A stretch of 64,000 bases of DNA from Eledone cirrhosa (taxonomy: Eukaryota): the NCBI GenBank assembly GCA_964016885.1, contig OZ024740.1, positions 11,842,001 through 11,906,000 on the forward strand, written 5' to 3'. This document shows, in pieces, positions 1-12,446 of the stretch. Within the stretch, counting starts at the first letter, position 1. Each line of letters begins with the position of its first letter. The notes below the pieces were generated by a model. That model was not told the DNA's origin. It ran no database searches and saw only the letters and a program-made list of their open reading frames with translations. The position numbers and the translations under genes are program-made.

Positions 1-501
1 TTTTTTTTATAAAAAGAAAGGAAAAAAAAGAAACAAAGCTTAATAATTCCTCCAGACAACAACCAACCAAACAGATTAAGAATCGTCACAGTTTTTTCAT
101 CCAGTTTTCCATGCTGACATGGTTTGACCGATGTACATCCTGATGCCAGCCCATACTTTATTTTAAAAGTATGATGTATATACCACTGATGTTCAGCAAA
201 CTGCTAAACTGCAGAACATATTGCTTATGTGGGATATAAATAAATGACACCACTTGCTTTAAAGAAAGGTACATGCAGTGAACTGACACAGACACACATA
301 TATAATGGCCTTCAGTTTCAATCTACCAAATTCACTCACAAAGCATTGGTTGGTCAAAGACTATACTAAAAGACACTTTGCCCAAGGTGCCACACAATGA
401 CATAGAACCCCAAACCATACAGCCATGCCTTTGCCTAACAATGAACAATATTAAACATGTCAGTATCGAATTGCACAAGACTGCTACAGGTTCTATGATA
501 C

Positions 502-719
502 TTAACCTTTTAGCATTTATAACGGTTGTATCCGGCCAAAATTATTTCCCCTTTTTTGAAACTGGCCGTAACCAGCAGATCATACTGACATGAAGATATC
601 GTTCTTAAAATAAACAATAACATCATCAAAATCTCTTAGACTCGAGATTATGTGAGATAAAGACTTTACCATGAATATAAAATAGTAAATATAGAATAAT
701 GTAAATGCTAAAGTGTTAA
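502..719. mobile_element. TTAA-flanked MITE (piggyBac-like ends), family 1
   Basis: TIR ttaaccttttagcattta...taaatgctaaagtgttaa; other copies at 14766..14981, 55653..55852, about 11272..11480 and 62330..62662. Confidence 0.7.
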
Positions 720-1552
720 ACTTGGCATTTCAAACAGTTCATTTTTAAATTCAAAGCATCCATCATAAATATATTTTACTAATTACTATTAAGGAATTTA
801 CAAAAACAACAACAAATTAGAAGTAAATTCCTTACTTTTTCAATTATCCAGCATCTCATATATATGTCCACACAGCATCTCTTTCTCACACACTAAAGTT
901 GATAATCTGTACCCCTCTATATGTGTAGTGTCACTATAACAAATATACAGACACACACACACACATATACATATATTATATATACATACATGGTGGCTGC
1001 CAACTCGTTTTCGAGTACGGCCACTACTTTATATCCATGTTGGAGAACCCCTACCGATGCGCTGAACGAGTGTGAGTTTTTAGTCCAGCCAGTGAAGCTT
1101 TTATAGTGAGCAAAGGCACTGCACAAAGCCAGTCCCACTCTCTTAACCAAGATGATATTTACCAAAAAGAAGAACAAGTCAACATCATTGGATACCATCA
1201 GGGTTGCAGGTGTTATATCAGAGTTTTCCTTCTCCTAGAATTCTGCCTTGACAAAGGCTAAGGGGTCATCTCTCCCAGTGATTTTGGATGGCCATTGACT
1301 CTTAAGAGCTCCTTTGCCTTTTGACAGGTTTTGTTTTTAGTCCTGCAGGATGTCCAAAGTCACCCTCCTCACCAAGAAACCTTGGTGGAGTTGCCAGTTT
1401 AGTCGCCAACGACCCGACCATGAAACAGGTTGTATACATACATACACACACATGCATATATATAGCTAGATAGATAGATGGGTGGTGCTAATGAGTTAGA
1501 CATGGCCTGGGCTAATACTAGCCGAAACCTATCAATATATATATATATATAT

Positions 1553-1680
1553 ATGACCAGTTCTATCCAGTGGTGAAGCAACAAACCCAAATATATATAT
1601 ATATATATGTTTTTATAGATATTTCCCAATATATATATATATTTGGGTTTGTTGGCTCACCACTGGATAGAACTGGTCAT
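1553..1680. repeat. Foldback with ~40-50 bp arms around a (TA)n-rich loop
   Basis: atgaccagttctatccagtggtga...acaaacccaaat is inverted at 1641..1680. Confidence 0.88.
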
Positions 1681-1817
1681 TCCGTATGGTCAATCTCGAT
1701 GTAACATTATGGAGAGTACTCAACGTAATACAACTCCCCCGTCTTCGTTTGTGTAGTTGGTGGTGCGAGTACGGAGTTAATTATTATAAAATACCAGTCC
1801 AGCCTCCTGTTATTTTA

Positions 1818-1863
<46 letters not shown>

Positions 1864-3185
1864 CCAATATATGTACTACAAAACACTCCAATAGGTCAGT
1901 TGAGTTAGTTTGAATAATAGAAAAGGAGGGAAAATAACTTTATAGTACATCTAGTACACTTAATGTCACCCCAACTTAATCCATAATCAGATTTAACACA
2001 ATAACTTGACCTTTGGGTGTCCCAAGTAGAGGTCACCATGTGGCAAGCATTCAAGCCAGGTATCTGGTCGAGGGGGTTTGGTATCTTTATCATCACTTAA
2101 TTAGAGACCGATCAAGTTTATCACGCAAGTATTCAACTAGGCTACAGCAGAATTTGAACTCAGAATGCACAGACCATAATAAATACCACAAGGTATCCTG
2201 TCCAACGCTCTCAGTCCTCTACCCTAAACTGGAACTTTAACACCCCTATCCCACTGAAAGGCAAAGTTGACATTGGAGAGGAGATTTTAAACAAGAACAC
2301 AAACAGCTGCAATAAATACCACAAAGTATTTCATGTGATACTCTACTGCTTCTACCTCTCCCCCCTCCTCCTCTAAGCCAATATCAGAAACAAAAAAGAT
2401 CAACTTAAACCCTGAACAGATCAATATATCAATATATCCCCATCAGTTGCTGAAATCCAAGGAATTTTCCAATATTATAAACTAATGTTTCCTTCTCCCT
2501 CACTCTCTCCAAAACAAATCATTAATATTTAAAAAAAAAAAAAAGTTTTGATAATTCATAATTTTTAAATGCCAAGAGAAATATATTTTAATATTCTTAT
2601 GATATAACATTATATAACTCAATATTATGGTATCATTTATATATTATGATATAACATATTTTATATAACTTATATTCTTATAATAACTAAACACCACTTG
2701 TTATCTGTATATTAACAATGTTAAACAACATGTAAAAAATAAGGTTGGGAGGAATATAGAGCTAAGAAAGACCCCTAAAACTACAGGATTCTAAGGAAAT
2801 ATTTAAGTAGGATCTATAAAGATTTTTCTGTTTTCTCTCTTTTTGCTAGTTAAAAATAAATATATTTTGTTAATTTAACGTAATCCTAAAAGAATGTTGG
2901 AATAAAAGATTAGATTGAGTTTGAGTTACGTTGGAGAGAAATGCTGAAGTTTAAATGGAATTTTCCAAAATTCTTTAAATGGCCTGACACACATTCAGGG
3001 TAGCAATATTGGTGAGTAAATGAAGTTTGCAATGGGTGGTGATGTGGTAGTTGAAAGCTGTAGATAACAATACAAGTGGTGATGAAATACAGATTAGTTG
3101 AAGAGATGCGCAGAAGGAGAGTGAAAGCTAGACTAATATATATGTATATATATATTGTAAGTACATTGGTCAATCGTGCACAAAC

Positions 3186-3601
3186 CTGGAAAGGTTGGCT
3201 GATAAGGGGATGCCTGAGGAAAGTGAGGCTGATATGACGTAGGAGGTTGATACGTTGGTGGTACCAGTGGTGGTGTAGCATAACCTGGCTGCTGTACCAC
3301 ACAGCTAGGATTATAATGTCCAGTGTCCATATGAGGGGGATATTGACCTAAGGCTATATAAGAGGGAGGTTGCTCGGAAATTCCAGCCATGTGGCCTCCG
3401 GGGGCCGCAGAAAAAGGAATATGGCACTGCATATGCAGCTCACCATGTTGATTGGGTAAAATGCCTGCTGAGGAGACATTCGGTAAAGCCCCGTGTGGTT
3501 TCGAATGTGATTTGTCCAAGGTCTGACTCTTTAGTTGTTGCTGTTGCTGTAAGGAGAGTTTCATTATTTCACCCTGCAAATCTGTCAAACTTCGGTTTAA
3601 C
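3186..3601 (-). CDS. CAMSAP: Patronin/CAMSAP coding exon K (CC2 and Pro/Gln-rich segment)
   Basis: GCAG acceptor; AG+G restores SLDRLNRSLTDLQGEIMKLSLQQQQ (CC2-like). Donor CCAG/GTTTGT is less certain. Confidence 0.85.
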
Positions 3602-3869
3602 CTGCTCAAAATAGAAAGAAATATTTCAACTAATACAAAATTTGCATACAAAAAAACTTAATTATAAACAAAATCTTCAATCATTTAACTCCTAATTGGT
3701 CAATGGTGTATTGTCTAGGAAATAGATGAGGTGACCATAGCAGTTGGAATGCCTTTGATCATAGGCCTGCTTTATCAAATATGACTGCTAATTCTTTTGC
3801 TGATGTAGAAACATTCAAAACAAGTAGCTTTGGAGACATTACAGTTTTAGTAGACAATACAAGAAAAAA

Positions 3870-4083
3870 TACTGTATATACTTGAGTATAAGTCTAGAAA
3901 TACGTGACCCCAAAACAGAAATTGATGGTAAAATGGGGGTCCAGAGTTGGCTTATATACGCCATCTAAACAATGTGTCCATTAGCTGTCTCTGTTTAGAA
4001 ATGGGGTTTGGATTTTTGCCCCATTTCTCAGACACAAAATATGGTGACCCCCCACCCGCGCATATATTTGAGTATATACAGTA
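3870..4083. mobile_element. TA-flanked MITE with pogo/Tigger-like TIRs
   Basis: tactgtatatacttgagtata...tatttgagtatatacagta; second copy at 9060..9248 shares the internal sequence. Confidence 0.75.
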
Positions 4084-4358
4084 AGTCTTTACAAATATGT
4101 TCTTTTTTTAATATTTACAAAGATTAAACCAGAGTTTCTCAAAGTAGGTAGCAAGATAATCCGAGAATCCTTTGAAAAAATTTGGGGATTCTGTGATATG
4201 TCTTTTTTATTATTACTAATTTATTATATATTTGTTTCCTCTTATGAATAAATTCTTACTCTAAAACAAAATTTATTTCATTTAACATCTTGTTAAACAA
4301 GGGTTGTGATGAACTGTTGTAAAATATAGTTAGAGGTTCTGTAATGTTTTGAAAATCG

Positions 4359-5310
4359 ACAGCAAGCAGCAAACAGCCACAGGAAACAAGTACCACCAAT
4401 CTCTGGGAGGGCTCTTTAGAAACAGTAGACAGCTTCTGCTACCTAGGTGACCGAATTAGCAGCAGCGGTGGGTGTTCAGAAAGTACAATAACTAGGGTAA
4501 GAACGGGATGGAAGAAGTTTAGGGAACTATTGCCACTGCTAGCTGCAAAAGGCTTCTCCCTCAAAATGAAAGGCAGACTGTATGATGCGTGTATCCGAAC
4601 AGCAATGTTACATGGTAGTGAGACCTGGGCGCTGAAGGTGGAAGACTTACGTAGATTAGAGAGAAACGAAGCCTGCATGCTCCGATGGATGTGTAACAGT
4701 AATATACGCGAACGACAAGCCATAAATGAATTGAGAGATAGACTGAGCATAAGAGGAATCAAATGCTGTGTGCAGGAGAGGTGGTTGCGTTGGTATGGAC
4801 ATGTGATGCGTATGAAGGATGACAGCTGCATAAAAAGGTGCAGAGCACTAGAAGTCAATGGAAACCGGGGAGTGGGATGAGGTGATAAAAGCCGACCTTA
4901 CCCAATTACACCTCTCAAAGGCGATGACACACGACCGTGACCTCTGGCATCACGCAGTAATACAGAGTACCCGACCTCCGATGGGTACAAGCTGAAGCAT
5001 ATAGACAATATGCCCCCACCCCCTCCCACTGCAAAGTGGTCGTGGAGGTGCCACGGCAAAAAAGCACCCAGCCCACACTGTAAAGTGGACATGTAGGCGC
5101 CACGGAAAAAAGCACCCAACACTCACTGTAAATGAGGTTGGTGTTAGGAAGGGCATCCAGCTGTAGAAATCAAGCCAGAATCAGTTCCTATATGAGCAAG
5201 GCATGGTCAGCTGACCAGACACTGCCCACAACAGGACAACCTGTCTAACCCATGCTAGCATGGAAGAACAGACGTAAAACGGTGATGATGATGATGATGA
5301 TGATGATGAT
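4359..5310 (+). mobile_element. RTE-clade LINE, family A copy 1, 5'-truncated
   Basis: RT C-terminus (FCYLG...HGSETW...LRWYGHV), 3' UTR and (GAT)n tail; 20-nt deletion near 4875 flanked by TGGG microhomology. Confidence 0.92.
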
Positions 5311-5944
5311 AAGGGGTCAGTGAGAAGTTTGAGAACCTCTGGTTTAGAATATAAAATAAGAATTATACAATAAAATATGAAAACAAATTCACTTATTCCA
5401 CCTCTAAGTAACTAGTAGTGTAATTTAAATGAAACATTGTAAGATATTATTTTAGAAAAGCAAATAGAATGAATCTACCCCCCCTACGATCTTCTCAGGA
5501 ATAAGTAGAAGTATAATGTAAGTTGTAAGTATAGGCAAGAAAACATATTGGGGCGGCTTAAATATCAAAATATCACGTTAACTTTGCTTCGGTTTTTCCT
5601 CCTTTAATTCCAACTTAGGCCAGGGTACAATAGCCAAGTGATTAGTGTGTTGGTCTCATAATCAAAAGGTCATGGGATCAATCCCCAGATTAGGTAGCTC
5701 ATAAGAAGGCCCTTCATTTCTTGTTCACTCAGTTGAAACTCTAAGTTCCAGCAGTTGAGGTTAACCTGGCACTGTGTTCAGCCTCTTGGCTTGAGAAAAA
5801 ACTTTCAACAACATTCCATTTGCATTTTACTGGCTTTTCTAAAACAACTAAAATAACTCCTTATACTAAAATAAATGACAGATTTACCCAACTTTACATA
5901 GGACGAACTCACACACAGAAAATGGAATCCAAATTTTCACAAAC

Positions 5945-7970
5945 CTATCCAATGAATTATTGTAATTTCCATAGTTCTCTTCCCTTTCCGCACTTGTTGC
6001 TGTATCTTGTCTTCTATCTGGACTGGCACGATTTGAAGAGCTATCTCTTACACCTGGTTGCACAGCAACAACAGGTTGGGGCCTAACAACAGCAGCTTCA
6101 TGTGCTATAGAGTCTTGTCTCAGAGAGATTGGGTCATGATGAACTGTATCTGGCCTAATTGGGAATGATTCATGGTGCACAGCATCGCGGTGGTGGGCTT
6201 CTTGTCGAATTGGGAGGGCTTCATGCCGTAAGGGAACTGTTTCATGCCTGACAGGTTCTTGTCTTATAGGTACTGCCTCATGTCTCACGGGTTCCTGACG
6301 TATGGGAACTGCTTCATGCCTGACTGGTTCCTGTCTCATCGGGACGGCCTCGTGCCTCATGGGCTCTTGACGTATAGGGACAGCCTCATGCCTCACTGGT
6401 TCCTGACGGATAGGAACTGCCTCATGCCTGACTGGTTCCCTTCTAAATGGTTCATGAAGTGGTGAGCTAGAAGCCTGCCTCATTGATTGTTCATTTACTT
6501 CGGGTTCATAAGAATCGTTTGCATTCGTTTTAGTTCCTGCAGACTCATTTAACCATTTCTTACGTGCATTCTCTATAGTGCGCTGGATCTCCTCTCGTGA
6601 AAAAGGTTTATGGGAAGGTCGTTGGGAAAGAAGATGTGGAGATTCTTCTCCAGTGATATCACCACTAGAATTCTGTCTCATGTAGCGCCGTATATTGGCA
6701 GGAATTCCGCCAGAAACCTGTCCATTTTTATCAATCCCACTAGATGACTGACTAGCAACCATGTGTAGGAATGCTTCTTTACCAACTTGGTGTCTTATTT
6801 TGGTTTGTTGCCTCTCTAAATCAAATTTCTTTTGTTCAATCTGTTTTCTCCTTTCTTCCAATTTCATCCTTATATTCACTTGGTCAGATAGGGATGACTG
6901 ACCATCTGATGGACTTTCTGGTGTTGTCACATGTGGACGTCGAGAATTCTGTTGCCATGTCGTCTGATGAATCTTATTGCTTTTCTCCTCGTCCTTTTTC
7001 TGGAATGGATCTTTAAGTGGAAGCTTGCTCGGGGAATCAGGCTCCTGACCCCTTTGCATATAAACTAAAGACGTTAAAGGACCGCTCATATCTCGCATCT
7101 TTTTGATCTGAGCAAAGTTTGTGGTTTTAGATTTATCAAGAATTTCTTCCATGATGGGGCCAGAGTTGAAAAAGGATTTCGTTAAGGGATCTTTAGATTT
7201 TTCTGTAAGTATAAACGTGTCTTTTGGATCTTTTGATTCTTTTGCTTTATGGTCACGGTGAATTTTCTGAGACTCATGATCAGAGAAGTCACCAGAACTT
7301 CGGTTACTCGCTATGCTGCCCTCTCTGGAAAAACAACGGCGCAGTTCAATTTCATCAGTCTGAATCAATGGAACAACTGGTAAACCTTCCTGGCGAGCAC
7401 TGTTAACACTTGCGGGTCTGTCGGGTAGAGAGAAGCTTTGATCAATGCCAAACTGCCTCATTGAATCATCTGGATTGCTGGCCCCAGAGCTATGTCGACT
7501 ACGAGGAAATGTAGCTGGCTGATCAGTGGGCACAGAACTTCTCTTAAAGATCTGTTGCAGACTTGACTCTTCTCTGCTGATGTCACCACCATATTGATCT
7601 GTAGGATCCAATATCATAGGTTCATCCAGCATCCTTGAGGCCTGCTTCACCTGTATCCCACCGCGGCATGGTGAGTTCAACTTCATACTTTGTTGATCTC
7701 CTCTCTCAACTTCTTTACTATGATTGAAGATTTTCTCTTTAGCTGGTTTCAACCTGGCAGGTAGTAAAGGATCTGATGATGGTCCCTGCGAGGCGACCCA
7801 GTTATCTATGTCAGTCTTTGGATTGTAAGCCATATTGTTGCCACTGATGCCATCAGCGTTGGAGTAAGCTAACACTGCAGGGGAACAATCCAGCTGATCT
7901 TGCCAGGAGGGGTGTGTTCTCACTTTAGAAACTCTACCAGGAACTGTGTAATGACCAGCTGTTTCTTCAA
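5945..7970 (-). CDS. CAMSAP: Patronin/CAMSAP coding exon J (large exon with CC1)
   Basis: TTACAG/GTTTGT ends, 2026 nt open frame, phase 1-2; CC1 motif IRMKLEERRKQIEQKK...QVGKEAFLHMV. Confidence 0.95.
6190..6440 (-). repeat. Coding 36-bp repeat (RHEAVPIRQEPV) in exon J
   Basis: About 5-6 units in the translation, decaying toward the C-terminal side. Confidence 0.9.
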
Positions 7971-8149
7971 CTGTAACATAAAAATAGAATAAAACAAGTT
8001 AGGATTATCTAAATAACAATTTAGAAAATTTTCATTATTTATCTTAAACTAATTTTCAATATAATTTACTGCCAAAACACCATTTTTTAAAGAATATTCG
8101 AAAATTATTTCCAATCACTTTGGTTATATCCTGCTTAAAGTAATAGTTT

Positions 8150-8374
8150 TTAACCCTTTAGTTACCAACCTGGCCAAAACTGAAATAAAACCACCCAATT
8201 TTAAAGGATTCCAATTTAAATTAAAATATTCCAACATAATTTTATACAAGAACCTTACATTAAGTTACTATCTTATAATGAAATAATAATTTTAGTCAAT
8301 CCCTCAAAAAAATTCTTCATTAATTAATTACAATAGAGTGTATTTCATTAGAATTACAGTCATGAAAGGGTTAA
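8150..8374. mobile_element. TTAA MITE family 2
   Basis: ttaaccctttagttac...catgaaagggttaa; similar elements at 53835..54365 and 59180..59426. Confidence 0.6.
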
Positions 8375-9059
8375 AGTTGAGATGGGGGCAGCCTAAGATA
8401 GGTAAAGAATGAATAAGTGTCAGGTTGGCCTGGTTGATAAACAGGCAAATAATGGGTTAGTGCTGAAGACACCAAGGTTTAAAAACAACTGCAACAAGAC
8501 AACATATCCATGATGATACCATAAGAAAATTACTGCCAAACAGTTGAAAATAGAAATATAATATAAGAAATATTAAATATTAATAATCTACATGTAACAT
8601 GTAATCTACATGTAACATGTAGATTACATTAAACAAATAAATAAACGAATATAAACACACACACAGACACCCGGATGTGGCGCATGCACAGACTGAGCAC
8701 ACAACACACACACAGAAACAAGATGGCGTAGGACAGAACAAAGGAGAGGCACAAAAACAAAGAAAAGAATCCCCAGTCACTGAAGAGGTCACAGAATGTG
8801 TGACGAAAGAACTTTGACAATATATAAACAACCATCTGGTTGTGAAACCAACCAACCAACCGGAAATTTATAAATTCATAAATTTATTATAATAAATTGA
8901 AGTGAAAGCAACTGGTGCGTGTGTTTCTTATTGGCAACATGACCCTCCCAAAGTATAACAATCTAAAAAGAACCATGTGAAAACTGATATTTTGATAATT
9001 ATATTTTCATCATTAAATTAGATTTTTTTTTACATATCTTGCAGAGATGTTTGGAAAAC

Positions 9060-9248
9060 TACTGTATATACCCGGATATAACTAGGAATGTGACACCAAA
9101 AGAGAACGATGGTAAAATGGGAGGGGGGGGGGCATCTATTTTCCATCTTAACGTGTTAATTAGCTGACTCAGCTTATAAATGGGCTTTGGATTTTTGCCC
9201 ATTTCTCAGACGTAAACTGGGGGCGCTTATATTTGAGTATATATGGCA
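9060..9248. mobile_element. TA-flanked MITE, same family as 3870..4083
   Basis: Shared TIRs and internal ggatttttgcccatttctcagac. Confidence 0.7.
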
Positions 9249-9291
9249 TGTTGTAAAAGTGACTCAACTTTTGTTGCAACACTTCCACAGT

Positions 9292-9403
9292 GGCCAGCTT
9301 CACTAACCTGTATCAGTGACCAGCTTCACTGACCTGTATCAGTGACCAGCTTCACTAACCTGTATCAGTGACCAGCTTCACTGACCTGTATCAGTGACCA
9401 GCT
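9292..9403. repeat. 26-bp minisatellite, ~4 copies
   Basis: cagcttcact(a/g)acctgtatcagtgac. Confidence 0.9.
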
Positions 9404-9768
9404 CACAAAACTGAGATAATATAAACATAAATTTATATCACAGTTTTTGTATGATTTGTTAAATGGCTGAAATGATTTCAACAAGTTAATAGCTTCAGTT
9501 TTATGGTCACCGATCAAATCCCCAAATGGGTACAAAAATAAGGCTTATTTACCAAGAGCAACATGAAAGTTGCTTACTGAAGACTCATGGAAGGGGAGTT
9601 CCCTTGATGAATTATCACTGATGAAATACCTTGATATTCGCCAATTCTCTTTGTTAACAGGTACAACCCCCCCCCCCCCCCCCAAAAAAAAACTTTGTTT
9701 TCAATAAAGTATTAACAAGAATAAAAATAAAAACAAACATAGAAAGAAACATTTGTAAATATCCTCAC

Positions 9769-9824
9769 CCTCTTTTGGTGGATACCGTTTCGATAACAAT
9801 GGTTCCCGACTTGGAGGACCAGAA
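9769..9824 (-). CDS. CAMSAP: Patronin/CAMSAP coding exon I
   Basis: TTATAG/GTGAGG ends, 56 nt, phase 2-1, exactly bridging the phases of exons H and J; SGPPSREPLLSKRYPPKE. Confidence 0.8.
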
Positions 9825-10044
9825 CTATAAGAAAGAAACAAATAATATTAATTTTATTTCACAACTTTTTATATAAAGGTTCCCCAATTCCTAACCTGGA
9901 AGACTTTTACACAAGTATTTGATTGGTACCTTATTTTATCAAAACCAGATATATGAATGGCATAATTCAACCTCATGGAAGTTTTGAACTGAAAAGTTCA
10001 AGAAAGTGTTTTAGAAGTTAAGGCCTAAAACACTTGAGTGGGGG

Positions 10045-10635
10045 TTTCTTCTCTAAAGACCTTCTGTTGTCCAGCTCTCCTGACAGTTTCTTCTCTAAAG
10101 ACCTTCTGTTGTCCAGCTCTCCTGACAGTTTCTTCTCTAAAGACCTTCTGTTGTCCAGCTCTCCTGACAGTTTCTTCTCTAAAGACCTTCTGTTGTCCAG
10201 CTCTCCTGACAGTTTCTTCTCTAAAGACCTTCTGTTGTCCAGCTCTCCTGACAGTTTCTTCTCTAAAGACCTTCTGTTGTCCAGCTCTCCTGACAGTTTC
10301 TTCTCTAAAGACCTTCTGTTGTCCAGCTCTCCTGACAGTTTCTTCTCTAAAGACCTTCTGTTGTCCAGCTCTCCTGACAGTTTCTTCTCTAAAGACCTTC
10401 TGTTGTCCAGCTCTCCTGACAGTTTCTTCTCTAAAGACCTTCTGTTGTCCAGCTCTCCTGACAGTTTCTTCTCTAAAGACCTGTTGTCCAGCTCTCCTGA
10501 CAGTTTCTTCTCTAAAGACCTTCTGTTGTCCAGCTCTCCTGACAGTTTCTTCTCTAAAGACCTTCTGTTGTCCAGCTCTCCTGACAGTTTCTTCTCTAAA
10601 GACCTTCTGTTGTCCAGCTCTCCTGACAGTTTCTT
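10045..10635. repeat. 42-bp minisatellite, ~14 near-perfect copies
   Basis: Unit agtttcttctctaaagaccttctgttgtccagctctcctgac; one unit near 10480 lacks 3 nt. Confidence 0.98.
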
Positions 10636-10789
10636 ACCACTGGAGTAATGACATAAAATATATCTCAAGACATGACACTATACCAATTCTGCTAATATCA
10701 GTGTCGTCACAATTCTGTTATAAATATTTGGAATGAAATAAGAGTAACTTCATTGACCTTGTGCCAAAAGTAGAAACAATTATTATAAT

Positions 10790-10990
10790 GTGGTGGATTG
10801 GCAGTATCAATAGAGCGTCAGACATTATGCTTTGCAGCATATAGTTACAGTCCTTTACCAAATCCCACCGAGGTTAGCTTTGCAGGGTCAATAAAATAAA
10901 GCACCAGTAATGCATTAGGATCGATTTAACCAACTTTCAGTCTCCCCAAAAAGAAACATTGCTTCTTGTACCTATAGTAGCAATCATTAT
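10790..10990 (+). mobile_element. Same SINE family, decayed
   Basis: ggattggcagtatcaatagagcgtc head; aaatcccaccgaggttagctttgc; ataaaataaagcacc. Confidence 0.65.
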
Positions 10991-11477
10991 TATTATTATA
11001 AACTGATTTATTCAAACTAGTGTTCTCATTTTAGTTTGCTCTAGTCACAATATTTTGGTTGTACCTTCCAACTTATTTCAAGTACTTGTCATATTTAGTA
11101 ACATTTTCAAACCAAACCTTTTATTCAATCCTTGAGGGTAGATTGTTCTCATTCTGTTGTCTACACCTGGGATATACTCATATCAGTTAATAAGTCATTT
11201 GCCATGTTGCTTACTTGTTCAGCTTAAATTCATCATCATCATCAAACATCCATTTTCCCTTCTAGTAAAGGTTAACCCTTTAGCAATGAAATTGGCCATA
11301 TCCAGCCAGAATTCTCTCACCTCTTTCTGTTCAAACCAGCTGTAACCGGCCACTCATACTGACGTTAAGGTATCATTCTCAAAATAAATAATATCAAAAT
11401 CTCAGATTCGATATTATGTGAGATAAAGCTTTTACTGCAAAAACACAATAGTAAATATAGAGTAATGTAAATACTAA

Positions 11478-11558
11478 ATTAGTACTCAAGCAGTTCTAAG
11501 TTAGTACTCAAGCAGTTCTAAGTTAGTACTCAAGCAGTTCTAAGTTAGTACTCAAGCA
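11478..11558. repeat. 22-bp minisatellite, ~3.7 copies
   Basis: ttagtactcaagcagttctaag. Confidence 0.9.
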
Positions 11559-11875
11559 GAGCTACTGACCTTTCAGACAGGCTGGGGACCCACATTTTGC
11601 TTACTCTACCAAGTACTCAGATGACAATATTTCTCAAAATATTGCCTCCCCACCACCACCACCACCACTACAACCACCTCCACCTCGAATGAATCATCAA
11701 TAACAAAATATTACTAATATAAGCTGCTGCCAAAACATTCTCAAAACATTCAACAAGTCTGTTTTTCCAATTCCTCAGCAACCATTATTGGCATAATCTC
11801 ATGCACACACAGACTGCACAAGCAAACAAATCAGCCACAATGTGGTCACTGCAGCTGCTAGAAACAGCACCTTTT

Positions 11876-12070
11876 TTTTCACCCACTTATTCCGGAGAGG
11901 ACCATGGCGGAAGAGTCCTCAAATACTCCTTCCAGGGGGTCCTATCAGAAGCAACCATCTCCAAATGATCCGACTGGATCCTCAAACGAGACCAGCCAAG
12001 CTCATGGATGTTATCCAACCATCTTGCTTGGGATCTACTCCTGGGTATCCTGCTGGTTGGTTTTGCCCAA
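11876..12070 (-). mobile_element. RTE family B 3' fragment
   Basis: Aligns by eye with 18427..18625 (cccacttattcc...ctcatggatgttatccaaccatcttgc). Confidence 0.7.
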
Positions 12071-12446
12071 AAGAAATAGTACCCAAATCTTCAAATTACA
12101 ACTCATTCTCTTAAAGCACACATTGGATAATTTAAGCCAAGATAGAATATGTATGAAAGAGGTGACTAACAGGGTTGACACTAAGTAGAACATTTGGTTA
12201 TAAAACATTCCTTTAAAAATAATTAAATGATGAGAATGGAACCTATCATGGGCCTGCAAAACTAACCTCTTGATTTAGCTTGGAAAATGACCTTAAAATG
12301 ATTGTGTTATTATATAAAATATGTCTGGGGAGGAAAAAATATAGAATGCTCATGGCAGGAATGTTATTGATTATAGATATCAATCTGAGCTAAACAACAT
12401 TGCATAATATAGGAAGACAGCAATCACATAATACTGGTATACATAC

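Noticed and set aside
980-1430. Segment resembling an RTE 5' region
   Set aside because: Only a vague resemblance, with no ORF or second copy in the window to confirm it
2910-3130. Candidate next exon after exon K
   Set aside because: AG acceptors exist, but there is no recognisable CAMSAP motif or clear donor
8580-8859. Hydrophobic small ORFs resembling membrane peptides
   Set aside because: Driven by TG/T-rich low complexity; a stop occurs in the splice-compatible frame
9578-9655. Possible extra exon ending at a GTAAGC donor
   Set aside because: Poor acceptors and no phase 1-1 open solution; exons I and J already join in frame
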